NCBI GenBank assembly: GCA_963719315.1
Contig: CAVRBU010000004.1
Coordinates: 775,944-839,943, forward strand
DNA: 64,000 nt
DNA from: an uncultured Planctomycetota bacterium
GTDB lineage: Bacteria > Planctomycetota > Planctomycetia > Pirellulales > Lacipirellulaceae
Direction of reading: 5' to 3'
This document shows, one piece after another, positions 62,160-64,000 of this stretch; the stretch's first letter is position 1, and each line of letters opens with the position of its first letter. The position numbers and the translations under genes were made by a program. The notes under the pieces were generated by a model. The model was not told where the DNA came from, did not search any database, and worked only from the letters and a program-made list of their open reading frames with translations.

Positions 62160-63569
62160 ATGTCGACGAACGAATCTCGTGAGCGCAACGTACTGGCCGA
62201 GCGGCACTGGTCGATGAGCCGGCGGCGGTTTTTGCGTGGCGTTGGTACGTACGTGGCATTGCCGGTGTTGCCGTCGCTGTTGCCGCGGTTGTCACCCGCT
62301 TCAGAGGTTGCGGCTGCCGGCTGCGCCGCCGAGGTCGCCGCGCGCGTGCCGCAGCGGATGGCGTTCGTGACGATTCCCAATGGCGTGAATTTGAAAGAAT
62401 GGTGGCCGAAGGGGGACGACAAGAAATTCGAGCTCGCGTCCACGATGGAGCCGCTGGCCGGCGTGAAGAATCAAATCCAGGTCATCTCGGGGCTGGATCA
62501 CATCAACGCCACGGCGGGCAGCGACGGGCCGGGCGATCACGCGCGAGCCAACGCGTCGCTCCTCACGGGTTGCCGAGCGAAGAAAACGGCCGGCTCGGAT
62601 ATTCACTTGGGACCCTCGATCGACCAGGTGGCGGCGCAGCATATCGGTCATCTGTCGCGTTTTCCGTCGCTGGAAATGACGTGCGATACAGTGCGCGGCT
62701 CCGGAAGTTGCGACAGCGGGTACGCGTGCGCCTACCAATATAACGTTTCGTGGCGTTCGGCGACCACGCCGATGGCGGCGGAAGCAAATCCGCGGCAGGT
62801 ATTCGAGCGTCTGTTTGGCAGCGGCACGGCGGAAGAGCGGAGTCGCAATATGGCGCTTCGCCAGCAGACGAACCGCTCGATCCTCGATTTCATTCACGAG
62901 GATGTGCGATCGCTGGATGGCAAGTTGAGCACGCAGGATGGGCAGAAGCTCGATGAGTATCTCTCTAGCCTGCGCGACATCGAACAGCGGATCATCAGTT
63001 TCGAGCAGGTGGCGAAGCTGCCGAGCAAGGATGTCGTCGCGCCGGAGGGGATTCCTGACCCGTTCAGCGAGCGGATGCAGGTGATGTTCGACATGATCGT
63101 GCTTGCCTTCCAGACAGATTCGACGCGGATCGTCACGCTGATGCTCGCGCACGATGGCAGCAATCGGCGTTATCAAGAGATCGGCATAGCCCGCGGACAC
63201 CACGACTTGTCGCACCATCAGGGCCGCGCGGACAATCTCGAGATGATCGCGCAGATCGACAAGTTTCACATGCAGCATTTCGGCCAGTTTCTGGAGAAGC
63301 TGTCCGCTGCCAAGGACGCCGACGGCAGCTCGATCCTGCACAACTCGATGATCGTGTACGCCGGCGGCAACGCTGACGGCAACGCCCATTCGCACACGAA
63401 TTTGCCGGTGATCCTGGCCGGGGCTGGCGGCGGCAAGCTGCACACGGGGCGGTTTCACAATGTCGGCTCGATGCCAATGACGAACATGTACCTGGAAATG
63501 CTCGAAAACATGGGCGTCGCCGCGGTCGACCGCTTCGGCGATTCAAACAATCGCCGCGTGGCAATTTAA
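62160..63569 (+). CDS. DUF1552 domain protein
   Basis: SRRRFLRG Tat-like motif; PNG; SIDQVAA; CDSGYACAY; AFQTDSTR; HHDLSHH; HSHTNLPVILAG. Canonical partner of DUF1592. Confidence 0.94.
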   Translation: MSTNESRERNVLAERHWSMSRRRFLRGVGTYVALPVLPSLLPRLSPASEVAAAGCAAEVAARVPQRMAFVTIPNGVNLKEWWPKGDDKKFELASTMEPLAGVKNQIQVISGLDHINATAGSDGPGDHARANASLLTGCRAKKTAGSDIHLGPSIDQVAAQHIGHLSRFPSLEMTCDTVRGSGSCDSGYACAYQYNVSWRSATTPMAAEANPRQVFERLFGSGTAEERSRNMALRQQTNRSILDFIHEDVRSLDGKLSTQDGQKLDEYLSSLRDIEQRIISFEQVAKLPSKDVVAPEGIPDPFSERMQVMFDMIVLAFQTDSTRIVTLMLAHDGSNRRYQEIGIARGHHDLSHHQGRADNLEMIAQIDKFHMQHFGQFLEKLSAAKDADGSSILHNSMIVYAGGNADGNAHSHTNLPVILAGAGGGKLHTGRFHNVGSMPMTNMYLEMLENMGVAAVDRFGDSNNRRVAI

Positions 63570-63633
63570 TTTGAGCATTCTACTTGTTGCGCCTTCTGCA
63601 AGTTTCACCACGACGACACAACGGGCATGACGA

Positions 63634-64000
63634 ATGGTTCGATACTACGCGCACTTGATGCGGGCGATTGTTGGTTTCGTAACTATTGCATTCGCTTCAG
63701 TGGGGAGTGCCCAGGAGCCGCGCATCGAATTGCGATATGCGCACGGGCCGGATTCGTCTCGGCATGAGGGAGTGCCGAAGGGCGAAGTCACGACGCACGA
63801 GTGGAACGACAGCAAGATCTTTCCGAACACGACGCGGCATTACTACGTGTATGTGCCGGCCCGGTACGATCAGAACCAATCTGCGGCACTGATGGTGTTT
63901 CAGGACGGCCGCAGCTATATCGGCGATGAAGGCGAGTTTCGTGTGCCGATCGTGTTCGATAACTTGATTCATAAGAAGAAAATGCCGGTAACGATCGGCG
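63634..64000 (+). CDS. Enterochelin-esterase-like alpha/beta hydrolase (partial, runs off the window)
   Basis: Hand translation: signal peptide, then GPDS...GVPKGEV...SKIFPNTTRHYYVYVPARYD...ALMVFQDG...VPIVFDNLIHKKKMPVTIG. Confidence 0.85.
   Translation, partial: MVRYYAHLMRAIVGFVTIAFASVGSAQEPRIELRYAHGPDSSRHEGVPKGEVTTHEWNDSKIFPNTTRHYYVYVPARYDQNQSAALMVFQDGRSYIGDEGEFRVPIVFDNLIHKKKMPVTIG

Noticed and set aside
46643..63458. Long antisense ORFs such as 46643-47779, 49681-50625, 52535-53920, 56651-57847 and 62301-63458
   Set aside because: They lie opposite clearly identified genes and show no motifs; expected from codon bias.

Overview
Bacterial chromosomal DNA, very probably a planctomycete (Pirellulales/Lacipirellulaceae-like). 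This is inferred from DUF1559 with H-X9-DG, the DUF1592/DUF1552 pair, and dockerin-bearing PEP-CTERM proteins. Left end: EamA and SulP transporters, then an MmeI-like (type IIL) restriction-modification gene whose middle is replaced by two orphan ORFs, bracketed by GTAG-REP doublets. From about 5.8 to 49.6 kb lies a large polysaccharide-degradation locus: four PL1-like lyases, four S1 sulfatases, a BNR/sialidase, a beta-helix enzyme, an enolase-superfamily enzyme, Tat oxidoreductases, a ThuA-like protein, an SGNH fusion, an Ntn hydrolase, a PfkB kinase, an HPS-like enzyme and a XylR-type regulator. It is built around a DUF1559 + lipoprotein pair flanked by PEP-CTERM proteins and has no SusC/D or TonB receptor. 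Three complete IS elements are present (IS21-family inside solA, IS630-family, IS5/IS4-like), plus several gene relics. Right end: recQ, small membrane proteins, a secreted caspase-fold protein, glpK-glpF, DUF1592-DUF1552 and a partial esterase. The most unexpected signal is a ~200-bp non-coding element present twice in direct orientation (about 5455-5660 and 51278-51485). Its conserved motif blocks sit at a constant offset of ~45,824 bp, and the two copies bracket the whole catabolic locus. At least six genes carry 1-2 nt frameshifts that look like long-read consensus errors. No rRNA, tRNA or CRISPR was recognised. Family assignments are from motif recognition, not database searches.
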